Source: an uncultured Clostridia bacterium
GTDB lineage: Bacteria; Bacillota; Clostridia; Oscillospirales; CAG-272
Assembly (NCBI GenBank): GCA_947625805.1
Contig: CANQPT010000001.1
Span: forward strand, 51,044 to 115,043
Length of the DNA: 64,000 bases
Reading direction: 5' to 3'
The position numbers were made by a program, and so were the translations under genes. Below the pieces are notes generated by a model. It ran no database searches and had not been told where the DNA came from. It saw only the letters and a program-made list of their open reading frames with translations. Of the stretch, positions 37,927 through 48,769 are shown piece after piece (position 1 is the stretch's first letter; each line of letters opens with the position of its first letter).

Positions 37927-37945
37927 TGCTTTTTTGCATTTTTCT

Positions 37946-38392
37946 TCAAAATATGGATTTATAGTCCTCTGCCGACTGCGTTTTCTTTGCGCCGCTAAAG
38001 AAAAGGATTAAAGCCCGCAGGCCGGAAAGCACAGCGTATACCGCCAAAAAGAGCAACATTCCTACAACGTATTGCCGGTTTTCTATGCCCGTCTGAGTGA
38101 TTTTGAGCGATTCACTGACCGGAAAGGCGATCTTCATCAACCCAAAGAACAAAGCCGCGTTGATCACAAAATGCAGCGCCGTGCGTATGACCGCATTGGG
38201 GCGTTTTAAGTGCAGCAGCAAATTACTTACCGCCAGCAGAAAGCAATACCCGAATACGGCAAGGTAGATACTGCCGATTATGACCGGCGTGTCGCCGGGA
38301 TGCATGAAAATCAGCAAAATCAAACTGATCAGAAAGGTATATAAGCAGGCCGGGTATAGGATTTTTGATTTGAATTGCCGTAATCGTTTCAT
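37946..38392 (-). CDS. hypothetical membrane protein (4 TM)
   Basis: 148-aa hydrophobic ORF with lower GC than its neighbours and no recognised motif. Confidence 0.5.
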   Translation of the reverse strand: MKRLRQFKSKILYPACLYTFLISLILLIFMHPGDTPVIIGSIYLAVFGYCFLLAVSNLLLHLKRPNAVIRTALHFVINAALFFGLMKIAFPVSESLKITQTGIENRQYVVGMLLFLAVYAVLSGLRALILFFSGAKKTQSAEDYKSIF

Positions 38393-38422
38393 GTGGTTTC
38401 CTCCAAAATTCTTTCTGATCGG

Positions 38423-39064
38423 TCAACGCACCGCATATACGAAATTCATGTCGGAAATCCGATAGACGCCGTCCTGTTCGATCACAGTGAATATTTGTTC
38501 GCGGGAGGCGTCGCTCTCGATATCCCGACGGAAAGTGCCGTCGTTTTTGCTGATCCTGTATGTGAGTTTGACCCGCTCGCACCTTTGCCCGGTCCGTTTG
38601 TCTATGGTGGGACCGAGGTAAGTGACCAGCGCATCATACACTCTCTGCATGGTGAAATCCGCATGTGCGCCGACCTCTTCCAGATATTCGTCGGTATAAA
38701 AAGTGTTGAGTTTGTCCGCATCTCCGTGAATGATCGCGTCAATGTAATCATAAAACAGCCGTGCGGCTTCCGGGACCGGAAAATTGTCGGACAAGATCGG
38801 ATAGGTTTGCGCCCCGTCCGAGTAATAGACCGTCCGTTCCAGTTGGAGATACTCCTCGTCCTCAAAGATGTCCACGTCCTCCTCGACTCTGTCAAACTTA
38901 AAATCGTCGGTGGAAATGATCTCATCGGCCGGGTTACCGTCTTTTAAGACGGTATGCGCCACGATCTGAGCGGCGATATACGCGACCAGAAGAAGCCCGA
39001 ACAGCGCTCCTATGATCACTGCCGCGGCAAGCAGTCCTCTCGGTATTTTCCTCTTACCTTTCAT
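38423..39064 (-). CDS. hypothetical membrane-anchored protein
   Basis: 213 aa. A basic N-terminus plus one TM, then an acidic soluble domain. No recognised motif. Confidence 0.55.
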   Translation of the reverse strand: MKGKRKIPRGLLAAAVIIGALFGLLLVAYIAAQIVAHTVLKDGNPADEIISTDDFKFDRVEEDVDIFEDEEYLQLERTVYYSDGAQTYPILSDNFPVPEAARLFYDYIDAIIHGDADKLNTFYTDEYLEEVGAHADFTMQRVYDALVTYLGPTIDKRTGQRCERVKLTYRISKNDGTFRRDIESDASREQIFTVIEQDGVYRISDMNFVYAVR

Positions 39065-39122
39065 GCTTCACGCTCCTGCTCTGCCGCGCCGTTGATACCG
39101 CCGGTTACGGTCCGTAAATCTT

Positions 39123-40772
39123 TCATGCCTGTGGCTTATAACTGTCTTTGAGCGTCACGATGCGGTTGAAAGTGTTTTCGTACTTTGTATCCTTGACATA
39201 ATACCCGGTGCGCACAAATTGAAACCGATCGCCGTCTTTTGCGTCCGCGAGCGCAGGCTCGGCTTTGCCGTTCAGTTGCAGAACCGACTCCGGATTCAGA
39301 AAATCGCCGTATTCCTTGTCCTCCGGAATGTCGTTCAGGTTGGGGATGGTGAACAGGCGATCGTAATGCATAACGCGGATATCCCCTGCGTGCTCACAGG
39401 ACAGCCAATGGATGGTTCCCTTGATCTTCCTGCCGTCGGCCGGACTGCCGTTGCCGGTTTCAAGGTCTGCCGTGCAGTGGATCAGCTTGACCTTGCCGTC
39501 CGCGTCGTACTCGATTTCTCCGCACTTGACAATGTAAGCACCCATCAAGCGCACCTCACCCTCCGGCTTCAGTCGGAAGAACTTGGCAGGCGGATTATCC
39601 GAAAAATCGGACGAGTCAATATACAACTCGCGGGTAAAGGGTACCTCTCTCGTGCCCGCACTCTCGTCCTGCGGATTGTTGGAAACGGTGAAATACTCGC
39701 GTTGATCTGCCGGGTAATTGTCGATCACCACACGGATCGGATCCATGATGGCAATCCGGCGGGGTGCGGTGGTATTCAACTCCTCGCGGATACAGTGCTC
39801 CAACAGTTCAAGGTCTACAATGCTGTACGCCTTAGCCACGCCCGCACGTCTGACAAAATCCTTGATCGACCCGGGCGTATATCCTCTGCGGCGCAGACCG
39901 CACAGGGTAGGCATTCTGGGGTCGTCCCAGCCGTCCACGATCTTTGTTTCCACCAGTTCGCGCAGGTAGCGCTTGCTCGTGACCGTGTAGGTGAGATTGA
40001 GTCTGGCAAATTCGTGCTGGGAGGGCTTGTGCCCGATTCCGATGTGATCGACCACCCAGTCGTAAAGCGGGCGGTGGTTTTCAAACTCCAGCGTACAAAG
40101 CGAATGGGTGATCCCCTCGATCGCATCCTGGATCGGGTGAGCGAAATCGTACAGCGGATAGATGCACCATTTGTCGCCCTGTCTGTGATGGTGCGCGTGC
40201 AAAATGCGATAGATCGCAGGGTCTCGCATATTGATGTTGGGCGAGGCCATGTCGATCTTTGCGCGCAGGGTCTTGCTGCCGTCCGGGAACTCGCCGTTTT
40301 TCATGCGCTCGAACAGGTCGAGGTTTTCCGCCGTACTGCGATTGCGGTAGGGACTTTCCTTGCCCGGCTCGGTCAGCGTACCGCGGTACTCGCGCATCTG
40401 CTCGGCCGTCAGATCGCACACATAGGCGTTGCCGTCCTTGATCAGTTTCACCGCGAATTCATAACACTGGTCGAAATAATCCGAGCCGTAGAAGATGCCG
40501 CCGCTCGGCTCCGCACCCAGCCACTCAAGATCCTCGATAATGCTCTGCACATACTCGTCGTCCTCTTTGACCGGGTTGGTATCGTCAAAGCGCAGGTTGA
40601 ACAAGCCGCCGTACTTTTTTGCCGCCTCATAACTAATGGTAATGGCCTTGGCACTGCCGATGTGCAGATACCCGTTCGGCTCGGGCGGGAAACGGGTGTG
40701 TACGTGATCATACACGCCCTCGGCTAAGTCCTTGTCTATAATATCATGAATAAAATTTCCGTTGATTTCCAT
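39123..40772 (-). CDS. glnS: glutamine--tRNA ligase
   Basis: Class I aaRS with the HIGH variant (NGYLHIGSAKA) and a KMSKS variant (VTSKR). The 549-aa GlnRS architecture includes a C-terminal beta-barrel anticodon domain. Confidence 0.9.
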   Translation of the reverse strand: MEINGNFIHDIIDKDLAEGVYDHVHTRFPPEPNGYLHIGSAKAITISYEAAKKYGGLFNLRFDDTNPVKEDDEYVQSIIEDLEWLGAEPSGGIFYGSDYFDQCYEFAVKLIKDGNAYVCDLTAEQMREYRGTLTEPGKESPYRNRSTAENLDLFERMKNGEFPDGSKTLRAKIDMASPNINMRDPAIYRILHAHHHRQGDKWCIYPLYDFAHPIQDAIEGITHSLCTLEFENHRPLYDWVVDHIGIGHKPSQHEFARLNLTYTVTSKRYLRELVETKIVDGWDDPRMPTLCGLRRRGYTPGSIKDFVRRAGVAKAYSIVDLELLEHCIREELNTTAPRRIAIMDPIRVVIDNYPADQREYFTVSNNPQDESAGTREVPFTRELYIDSSDFSDNPPAKFFRLKPEGEVRLMGAYIVKCGEIEYDADGKVKLIHCTADLETGNGSPADGRKIKGTIHWLSCEHAGDIRVMHYDRLFTIPNLNDIPEDKEYGDFLNPESVLQLNGKAEPALADAKDGDRFQFVRTGYYVKDTKYENTFNRIVTLKDSYKPQA

Positions 40773-40783
40773 TGGTCGCTCCT

Positions 40784-42445
40784 TCAGGGTTGCTCAAGCA
40801 TTGCTTGGATCCGTGCGGTCACGCGCTCCGGTCCCAGAATCTGCATAACCTGATGCAGGTCGGGCGAATTGGTCTTGCCGGTCAGCGCAATGCGCAAAAA
40901 CATACTGATATCGCCGATGCTGCCCGGATAGGCGTCCGGGTCGGCTTTATAGGCTTTCATATCGTCGGCATAGCCGAGTTCACGGGCGGTAGCTTTCATC
41001 TTCTCAAACCACTCGTTCTGGTCGGCAACCGTGCCGCAGAAAGTGAGGAATTTGGTCAGGGCCGCGCGCACGTCCTCCCGCGAAAAGCGCTCGGGGATCT
41101 CGTCTATGATACGGAAAGAGCGATCATAGAACAGCGCCGTATAGTCCATTGCCTCCTGCCATGTGCCGTAATCCTTGCGGGGCTTTTTCCCGCCCCGACC
41201 GATTGAGAGAATAGCCTTGGCATACTCGGGCGCATCGGTCAGGTCACGGTAATAGTCGGGAGCAAACTCTTTTGCCCAACCGCAAATCTGATCGTACACC
41301 TCATCGACAGTCATGCGGGAAACGGTATTTTTGGCCACGTCGTTTAACTTTTCCATATCGAAAAGCGCGCCTGACGCCGACAACTTCTTTATGCTCAGCG
41401 GGAACTCGCGGTAACCCTTGTCGGGATTCTGCATTCTCCATTCCTCGTAGTTGGAATTGAGAATGGTCATCAGATACTCGATCACGCAAATCGGCGCATA
41501 GCCCAGTTTGCGGTAATCGTCCACGCCGGCTCCCACATCCCGTTTGGAGAGTTTTTTCTTGTTGCCCTGCTCGTCCAGCCGCATGATCTGTGCGGTGTGC
41601 ATATATTTGGGCATACGAAATCCGAGATAGCGGAAAAGCATGATGTGCTTGGGCAGTGACGCAAGCCATTCCTCGCCGCGCACCACGTGGGTGGTGTGCA
41701 TCAGGTGATCGTCCACAGCATGGGCAAAATGGTAGGTGGGCACGCCGTCGCTTTTGAGAAGCACGAAGTCCTCGTCGTTTTCGGGCAACTCCAACCTGCC
41801 TTTGATCAAATCGGTAAAAGGCACCTTCTTTTCCGGGTCGCCGTCCGCGAGAACACGCAGCACGAAAGGATTGCCCGCCTGAAGATTTTCCTCGATCTGC
41901 CGCTCGGTGATTTCCCGCTCGGAACGCATCTGTGCGCGGCGGGCGTCGTCATTGTGCCAGTCCCGCTCGGAAAGTTCGGCCTTTTTGTCGGCTCGGTTGA
42001 TCTGCTCCAGTTGCTCTTTAGTAGTAAAGACAGGATAAGCCTTGCCCTCGCGCGTGAGTTGCTTGGCATATACCCGGTAGATCTCTACCCGCTCGCTCTG
42101 TCGGTAGGGCGCGTAAGCCCCCCCCTGCCCCGGAATGCCCTCGTCAAAGCGAATGCCATACTGTCCGAGGGTTTCCACCAGCGCCTCGGCCGCACCCGGC
42201 ACCTCGCGTTTGGAATCGGTATCCTCAATGCGCAGATAATACACGCCGCCGTCCTGATGGGCGAGAAACTCACCCAAAATCGCCTGATACAACCCGCCGA
42301 GATGAATAAACCCCGTAGGCGACGGAGAAAGGCGGGTCACCTTTGCCCCCTCGGGCAGGACACGTTCGGGATAACGCGCCTCGACGTCCGCAGGGGTCAG
42401 CGTCACATTCGGAAAAAGCAGATCTGCAATTCTCTGATAGTCCAT
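40784..42445 (-). CDS. gltX: glutamate--tRNA ligase (long form)
   Basis: SPSPTGFIHLGG and KLSKR motifs. Start at MDYQRI. Confidence 0.88.
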   Translation of the reverse strand: MDYQRIADLLFPNVTLTPADVEARYPERVLPEGAKVTRLSPSPTGFIHLGGLYQAILGEFLAHQDGGVYYLRIEDTDSKREVPGAAEALVETLGQYGIRFDEGIPGQGGAYAPYRQSERVEIYRVYAKQLTREGKAYPVFTTKEQLEQINRADKKAELSERDWHNDDARRAQMRSEREITERQIEENLQAGNPFVLRVLADGDPEKKVPFTDLIKGRLELPENDEDFVLLKSDGVPTYHFAHAVDDHLMHTTHVVRGEEWLASLPKHIMLFRYLGFRMPKYMHTAQIMRLDEQGNKKKLSKRDVGAGVDDYRKLGYAPICVIEYLMTILNSNYEEWRMQNPDKGYREFPLSIKKLSASGALFDMEKLNDVAKNTVSRMTVDEVYDQICGWAKEFAPDYYRDLTDAPEYAKAILSIGRGGKKPRKDYGTWQEAMDYTALFYDRSFRIIDEIPERFSREDVRAALTKFLTFCGTVADQNEWFEKMKATARELGYADDMKAYKADPDAYPGSIGDISMFLRIALTGKTNSPDLHQVMQILGPERVTARIQAMLEQP

Positions 42446-42452
42446 TGTAACC

Positions 42453-43082
42453 TCACTGATAATAAGGATTGGTATAAAATTCATCGGGCAAGGCCGTGGC
42501 AGGTCCGTGTCCCGGATAGGCAGTCAGCGGGCGCTGTCCGCATAAGTTCCGCAGTTTTTGTAAAGACTCCCGCAGCGTGTTCATATCTCCGCCCGGCAGG
42601 TCGGTGCGTCCGACCGATCCTGCAAACAGCGTATCGCCGCAAAACAGCGCGTCGCCGGCAAGCAGGCAGCAGGAGCCGGGCGTATGCCCCGGTGTGTGCA
42701 GCACGGTCAACTCAATATCGCCGAACGTCAGGACTTGTCCGTCCCGCAGCAGAGACGGCGATTGTTCAACCCGATAGGGATTGGGCAAAGTCCGGCCGGA
42801 CAGATTGCGTTCCGGGTCACGGAGCATACCCGCGTCGGCCGCATGCACGTACACGGCACAGTCAAAATCCTCGCACAGCGCGTTCACGCCGAGAATATGA
42901 TCAAAATGCCCGTGGGTAAGCAGGATTGCCGCAAGCGACAGGCTGTTTTGCCCGATATAGTCGCAGACCGGTCGCAGCTGTTTGCGTGGGACGCCCGGGT
43001 CGATGACGACACAGGTCTTTCCCTCCCATAAGAGATAACAGCCGGTCTGCATCAGACCAAGTGAGAAAGTTTTCACATTCAT
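42453..43082 (-). CDS. MBL-fold metallo-hydrolase (glyoxalase II-like)
   Basis: THGHFDH motif, plus later HTPGHTPG and D..F.G..GR motifs. Trimmed to MNVKTF. Confidence 0.8.
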   Translation of the reverse strand: MNVKTFSLGLMQTGCYLLWEGKTCVVIDPGVPRKQLRPVCDYIGQNSLSLAAILLTHGHFDHILGVNALCEDFDCAVYVHAADAGMLRDPERNLSGRTLPNPYRVEQSPSLLRDGQVLTFGDIELTVLHTPGHTPGSCCLLAGDALFCGDTLFAGSVGRTDLPGGDMNTLRESLQKLRNLCGQRPLTAYPGHGPATALPDEFYTNPYYQ

Positions 43083-43233
43083 AAAATATATTATAGCATA
43101 AATACAGGTCTCTATCAAGCATTTCCGGCGTATTTTTTGCCATTTTCGGCACTTTGACCTTTACATTTTTATCCAAACAATGTATAATATCAGCATAGGG
43201 ATTTTCCTAAAAACAAAGATTAGAGGAAGTATC

Positions 43234-43806
43234 ATGGACAACAAATTTATCGTAGAAACCTCGGCTCGGCACGTACACCTGTCCGAGCATGACATCGAAG
43301 TTCTGTTCGGCAAGGGCGCGACCCTGACCCACAAAAAAGATTTAAGCCAGCCCGGACAGTTTGCCTGTGAAGAGCGGGTGACGGTGGTCGGGCCAAAGCG
43401 GGAACTGACCGGCGTGATCGTATTAGGTCCGGCAAGAAAGGAAACCCAAGTGGAGCTTTCCCTGACCGACGCTCGCACCATCGGCGTGAGCGCCCCGGTG
43501 CGGGAGAGCGGCGACCTTGCGGGCAGCGCTCCCTGTAAAATCGTCGGCCCCTGCGGCGAGGTGGAGATCCCCTGCGGCGTGATCGCCGCCAAGCGTCATA
43601 TCCATATGACCCCCGAGGACGCGGAGCGCTTTGGCGTTTCCGACAAGGAGATCGTAAAGGTGCGCATCGAGTCCGAGCGTGCGTTGATCTTTGATGACGT
43701 AGTCGTCAGAGTCAGCCCGAGTTATGCGCTCGCCATGCACATCGACACCGACGAGTCCAACGCCGCTTGTGCGTTCGGAGCTTGCACGGGTGAGATCGTC
43801 AAATGA
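43234..43806 (+). CDS. pduL: phosphate propanoyltransferase PduL-type phosphotransacylase
   Basis: Duplicated PduL motifs (SARHVHLS...; AKRHIHMTPEDA..). There is no N-terminal extension before the first repeat. Confidence 0.85.
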   Translation: MDNKFIVETSARHVHLSEHDIEVLFGKGATLTHKKDLSQPGQFACEERVTVVGPKRELTGVIVLGPARKETQVELSLTDARTIGVSAPVRESGDLAGSAPCKIVGPCGEVEIPCGVIAAKRHIHMTPEDAERFGVSDKEIVKVRIESERALIFDDVVVRVSPSYALAMHIDTDESNAACAFGACTGEIVK

Positions 43807-44170
43807 ACTGAACGGGCTTTCGCTTGCCTATCTCGGCGACGCGGTCATCGAACTGCTGGCCCGCAAGCGGGTACTCTCGCTTGGCTATACCGACGTAGGA
43901 AAGTTGAACGCTCTGGCGCGGGACTATATCACCGCCCGCGCACAAAGCGCCGCCTTTGAGCGCCTGCTGCCTGCCCTTTCCGAGGCGGAAGCCGACCTAT
44001 ATAAGCGCGGCAGAAACGCAAAGGGGATCAGCGCACCCAAAAGTGCATCGGTGGGCGAATACCGCAGAGCCACCGGCATGGAGGCGCTGTTCGGCGCGCT
44101 GTACGCAGACGGCCGGATCGACCGGCTCAAAGAACTGTTTGAAATTGCTTATCCGGAGGAAAGTACATGA
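43790..44170 (+). CDS. mrnC: mini-ribonuclease 3
   Basis: LNGLSLAYLGDAVIEL plus the RGRNA and EALFGALY motifs. The start is uncertain: GTG 43790 was chosen, while ATG 43724 would overlap pduL by 83 nt. Confidence 0.8.
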   Translation: MRSSNELNGLSLAYLGDAVIELLARKRVLSLGYTDVGKLNALARDYITARAQSAAFERLLPALSEAEADLYKRGRNAKGISAPKSASVGEYRRATGMEALFGALYADGRIDRLKELFEIAYPEEST

Positions 44171-44601
44171 AAAAGTTTATTGAAGACTTCAAAGCATTTG
44201 CCATGAAGGGAAACGTCGTAGACATGGCGGTCGGCGTTGTCGTCGGCGGCGCGTTTTCTAAAATCGTGACCAGCCTTGTGGGCAGCATCATCACCCCGCT
44301 GATCGGTCTTTTGACCGGCGGCGTCAGTCTGTCTGATAAATCGATCGTACTCTCGACAGCAGAGGACGGAACACAAAATCTGCTCATGTACGGTGAATTT
44401 TTACAGAGCGTGATCGACTTTTTCCTGATCGCGTTGTCCATCTTCATCGTGATCAAGATCATCGGCAGTGTCAACGCAAAACTTCACGCAAAGAAGATCG
44501 CGGAGCAAGAGGCTAAGAAGGCGGAAGAGGCCGCAAAACCCAAGCCGCCTACAACTGAGGAATTGCTCACGGAAATTCTTGCGGAACTGCGGAAGAATTG
44601 A
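44167..44601 (+). CDS. mscL: large-conductance mechanosensitive channel
   Basis: FKAFAMKGNVVDMAVGVVVGGAF N-terminus. 144 aa. Confidence 0.93.
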   Translation: MKKFIEDFKAFAMKGNVVDMAVGVVVGGAFSKIVTSLVGSIITPLIGLLTGGVSLSDKSIVLSTAEDGTQNLLMYGEFLQSVIDFFLIALSIFIVIKIIGSVNAKLHAKKIAEQEAKKAEEAAKPKPPTTEELLTEILAELRKN

Positions 44602-44617
44602 CACAGGCAAAACGTAT

Positions 44618-44649
44618 ATCACCCCGTGAACCTGAGTTCACGGGGTGAT
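44618..44649. terminator. bidirectional terminator hairpin
   Basis: Perfect 14-bp stem atcaccccgtgaac/gttcacggggtgat with a 4-nt loop, between convergent mscL and trkA. Confidence 0.65.
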
Positions 44650-44652
44650 GTT

Positions 44653-45300
44653 TCAGATATGAAAGCACTTTTGCAATGCCTTGTACTCCCCCAGCACAAG
44701 CAGGGTAAGATCCGGGGTCAGCACGGTTTCCGGAGTGACCTTTAAGGTAATCCGGTTTTCCTGTTTGATCCCCATTATGTTGATCTCGTATTTTCTGCGG
44801 ATATCGATCTGCCCGATGCTTCTTCCCTGCCATGCCTGCGGCACGGGCACCTCAAAGATCGCATGGGAGTCGTCGATTTCGATAAAATCCAGAATGTGGT
44901 TGGAGGCGTATCGTATCGCCGTCCACTTTGCAAGCTGTTTTTCCGGGTAGACCACATGATCCGCTCCGTTGCGCAGAAGGAATTTGGCCTGAATATCGCG
45001 CGCGGCGCGGGATACAACCAGCTTGGCGCCCAGCTCTTTGAGGATAGAGGTGGTCTCCAAAGAATTCTGGAAGTCTTCGCCGATCGCAACGATACAAAGA
45101 TCAAAATTGTTCACTCCGAGCGACTCCAAAAACGCCTGATTGGTACTGTCGCCGATCTGCGCGTTGGTCACATACGGCAAAACCGCATTGACCCTTTGTT
45201 CCTCCCGGTCAATCGCCATGACCTCCGCTCCCATTTGATATAATTGCATGGCGACTTGTGTTCCGAATCTTCCCAGACCGATCAATAAAACAGATTTCAT
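44653..45300 (-). CDS. trkA: Trk/Ktr potassium uptake system NAD-binding subunit
   Basis: RCK_N GLGRFG motif and an RCK_C domain. 215 aa. Confidence 0.88.
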   Translation of the reverse strand: MKSVLLIGLGRFGTQVAMQLYQMGAEVMAIDREEQRVNAVLPYVTNAQIGDSTNQAFLESLGVNNFDLCIVAIGEDFQNSLETTSILKELGAKLVVSRAARDIQAKFLLRNGADHVVYPEKQLAKWTAIRYASNHILDFIEIDDSHAIFEVPVPQAWQGRSIGQIDIRRKYEINIMGIKQENRITLKVTPETVLTPDLTLLVLGEYKALQKCFHI

Positions 45301-45309
45301 GGCTTCTCC

Positions 45310-46635
45310 TTATCCCACCGTAATTTTTTCTTCGGGCAGCTTGAACAAACCCGGGTTTTCGCCGGCAAGGGCGGCATAGATCAAAGTCAGTCCTCCGACC
45401 CTTCCCAAGAACATGAGCAGGATCAGAATCCCTTGAGAGAGCAACCCAAGCCCGGGCGTCAATCCCAGAGTAAGACCGACCGTTCCGATGGCGGACGCAG
45501 TCTCAAACAGGCAATCCCCGACAGGCAATCCCTCGACCGCGCTGATGACGAATGCTCCGCCGAGAAAGAGGGTAAGGTAGAGAAGAAAAATCGCAACCGC
45601 CTGCCGCACCGCATCATCCCTCACCCGGCGTCCGAACAGTTTCGCGCTGTCATTGCGCCGGAACACAGAGAGGGCGGCGGCAAAGAGCACTACTGCCGTG
45701 GTGGTTTTCATACCGCCCGCGGTAGAACCGGGCGAGCCGCCGATCAGCATCAAAATGATAAAAATGCCTTTTCCGACCCCGCTCAAAGCGGTAAGATCGG
45801 CCGTATTGAAGCCCGCCGTGCGGGTGGTGACCGCCTGAAACAGTGAGATCCAGATCCGCTGACCCGGAGGATACTCCGAACATTCAAAAAAAAAGAAATA
45901 TATAGCGGGAAGCAGAATCAAAACCGCCGATGCCGCAAGCACCGCTTTGCTCTGCATACGGTAGCGTTTGAGATGATGCCGATTGGTGCGGACGTCGTCC
46001 CATGTGAGAAATCCGATCCCACCGATGATGATCAACAGCATGACGGTAATATTCAAAAGAGGGTTTTGCGCGTAGGCGGTCAGCGATGTAAAACGGGCGT
46101 CGGGGGTTCCGAGCAAATCAAAGCCGGCGTTGCAGAACGCGGATACGGAATGAAAGAGCGAAAGCAGTATGCCCTTTGCTCCGAAATCACGGCAGAAAAC
46201 CGGCATCAAGGCAACCGCGCCAAGTAACTCGAAAAAGAGCGTCATTTTGATGACAAAGCCGGTCAAGCGCACAATGCCGCCCGTTTGCGGCGCGGCGATT
46301 GCCTCCTGCATGGTACTGCGTTGCATTAAGGAAATTTTTCTGCCGGACAAAAGTGCGAATGCCGCCGCAATCGTGATGACGCCAAGACCGCCGATCTGGA
46401 TTAAGAGTAAGATCACCGATTGCCCAAAGACAGACCAATAGCTTGCCGTGTCCTGCACCACAAGCCCGGTCACGCAGGCGGCAGAGGCGGCGGTAAACAG
46501 CGCGTCGTGAAAGGGCGTCACGACCCCCTCCCGCGAAGCGATCGGAAGCATGAGCATCCATGCTCCCAACAAAATAACGCCGGCAAAGCCCAAAATAATA
46601 ATTTGAAATGTACTCAGGCGAAACCGCTTTTTCAT
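45310..46635 (-). CDS. trkH: Trk/Ktr potassium transporter membrane subunit
   Basis: Polytopic protein with repeated pore-loop GF/GL motifs (TAGFNT, CNAGFD). Start at MKKRF with an AAGGAG RBS. Confidence 0.85.
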   Translation of the reverse strand: MKKRFRLSTFQIIILGFAGVILLGAWMLMLPIASREGVVTPFHDALFTAASAACVTGLVVQDTASYWSVFGQSVILLLIQIGGLGVITIAAAFALLSGRKISLMQRSTMQEAIAAPQTGGIVRLTGFVIKMTLFFELLGAVALMPVFCRDFGAKGILLSLFHSVSAFCNAGFDLLGTPDARFTSLTAYAQNPLLNITVMLLIIIGGIGFLTWDDVRTNRHHLKRYRMQSKAVLAASAVLILLPAIYFFFFECSEYPPGQRIWISLFQAVTTRTAGFNTADLTALSGVGKGIFIILMLIGGSPGSTAGGMKTTTAVVLFAAALSVFRRNDSAKLFGRRVRDDAVRQAVAIFLLYLTLFLGGAFVISAVEGLPVGDCLFETASAIGTVGLTLGLTPGLGLLSQGILILLMFLGRVGGLTLIYAALAGENPGLFKLPEEKITVG

Positions 46636-46654
46636 TCTCACTCCTTGTGGCAAA

Positions 46655-46688
46655 ACAGCCGCATAAATCGCGTGATTTATGCGGCTGT
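46655..46688 (-). terminator. terminator hairpin after groEL
   Basis: Perfect 15-bp stem acagccgcataaatc/gatttatgcggctgt with a 4-nt loop; on the minus-strand RNA it is followed by UUUUGCC. Confidence 0.6.
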
Positions 46689-46707
46689 CGCCTTGCCTGT
46701 CAGGCGA

Positions 46708-48357
<1,650 letters not shown>

Positions 48358-48642
48358 TTACTCAACAATTGCTAAAATGTCACTCTGCTTTACGATCAGG
48401 TATTCCTCGTCGCCGTCCTTAAATTCCGTGCCGGAATATTTGCTTGCGACTACCTTATCGCCGGCCTTTACGACCATTTTCACTTCCTTGCCGTCTACCA
48501 TGCCGCCGGGGCCGACCGCGATCACTTGCGCAATCTGCGGCTTCTCTTTGGCAGAACTGGTCAGAATAATGCCGCTTTTGGTGGTTTCTTCCGCTTCGGT
48601 CATCTTGAGAACGACCTTGTCAAACAAAGGTTTTAATTTCAT
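48358..48642 (-). CDS. groS: co-chaperonin GroES
   Basis: 94 aa starting MKLKPL.DKVV.K. Confidence 0.97.
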   Translation of the reverse strand: MKLKPLFDKVVLKMTEAEETTKSGIILTSSAKEKPQIAQVIAVGPGGMVDGKEVKMVVKAGDKVVASKYSGTEFKDGDEEYLIVKQSDILAIVE

Positions 48643-48674
48643 TATTTGATCCTCCTTAAAATACAAATGTCGTT

Positions 48675-48701
48675 TTAGCACTCAAAGGGCGCGAGTGCTA
48701 A
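48675..48701 (-). promoter_or_regulatory. CIRCE operator (HrcA binding site)
   Basis: Perfect TTAGCACTC-N9-GAGTGCTAA inverted repeat, 33 nt upstream of the groES ATG. Confidence 0.95.
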
Positions 48702-48713
48702 TTTCACTCTCTT

Positions 48714-48742
48714 ATTGTAAAACGCCGGAGAGAAAAAATCAA
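48714..48742 (-). promoter_or_regulatory. groESL promoter, TTGATT-17 nt-TACAAT
   Basis: On the minus strand, -35 at 48737-48742 and -10 at 48714-48719, immediately upstream of CIRCE. Confidence 0.6.
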
Positions 48743-48769
48743 TAGAATTGGAGATTGTTAACATTTAGT

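Noticed and set aside
39219-40727. 502-aa ORF on the plus strand
   Set aside because: It is antisense to glnS and has shadow-ORF composition and no RBS.
41687-42919. 410-aa ORF on the plus strand
   Set aside because: It is antisense to gltX and the MBL hydrolase gene, and its sequence is Arg-rich nonsense.
46636-46707. c-di-AMP (ydaO/kimA-type) riboswitch ahead of trkH
   Set aside because: Only 72 nt are available, and the groEL terminator hairpin occupies most of them.
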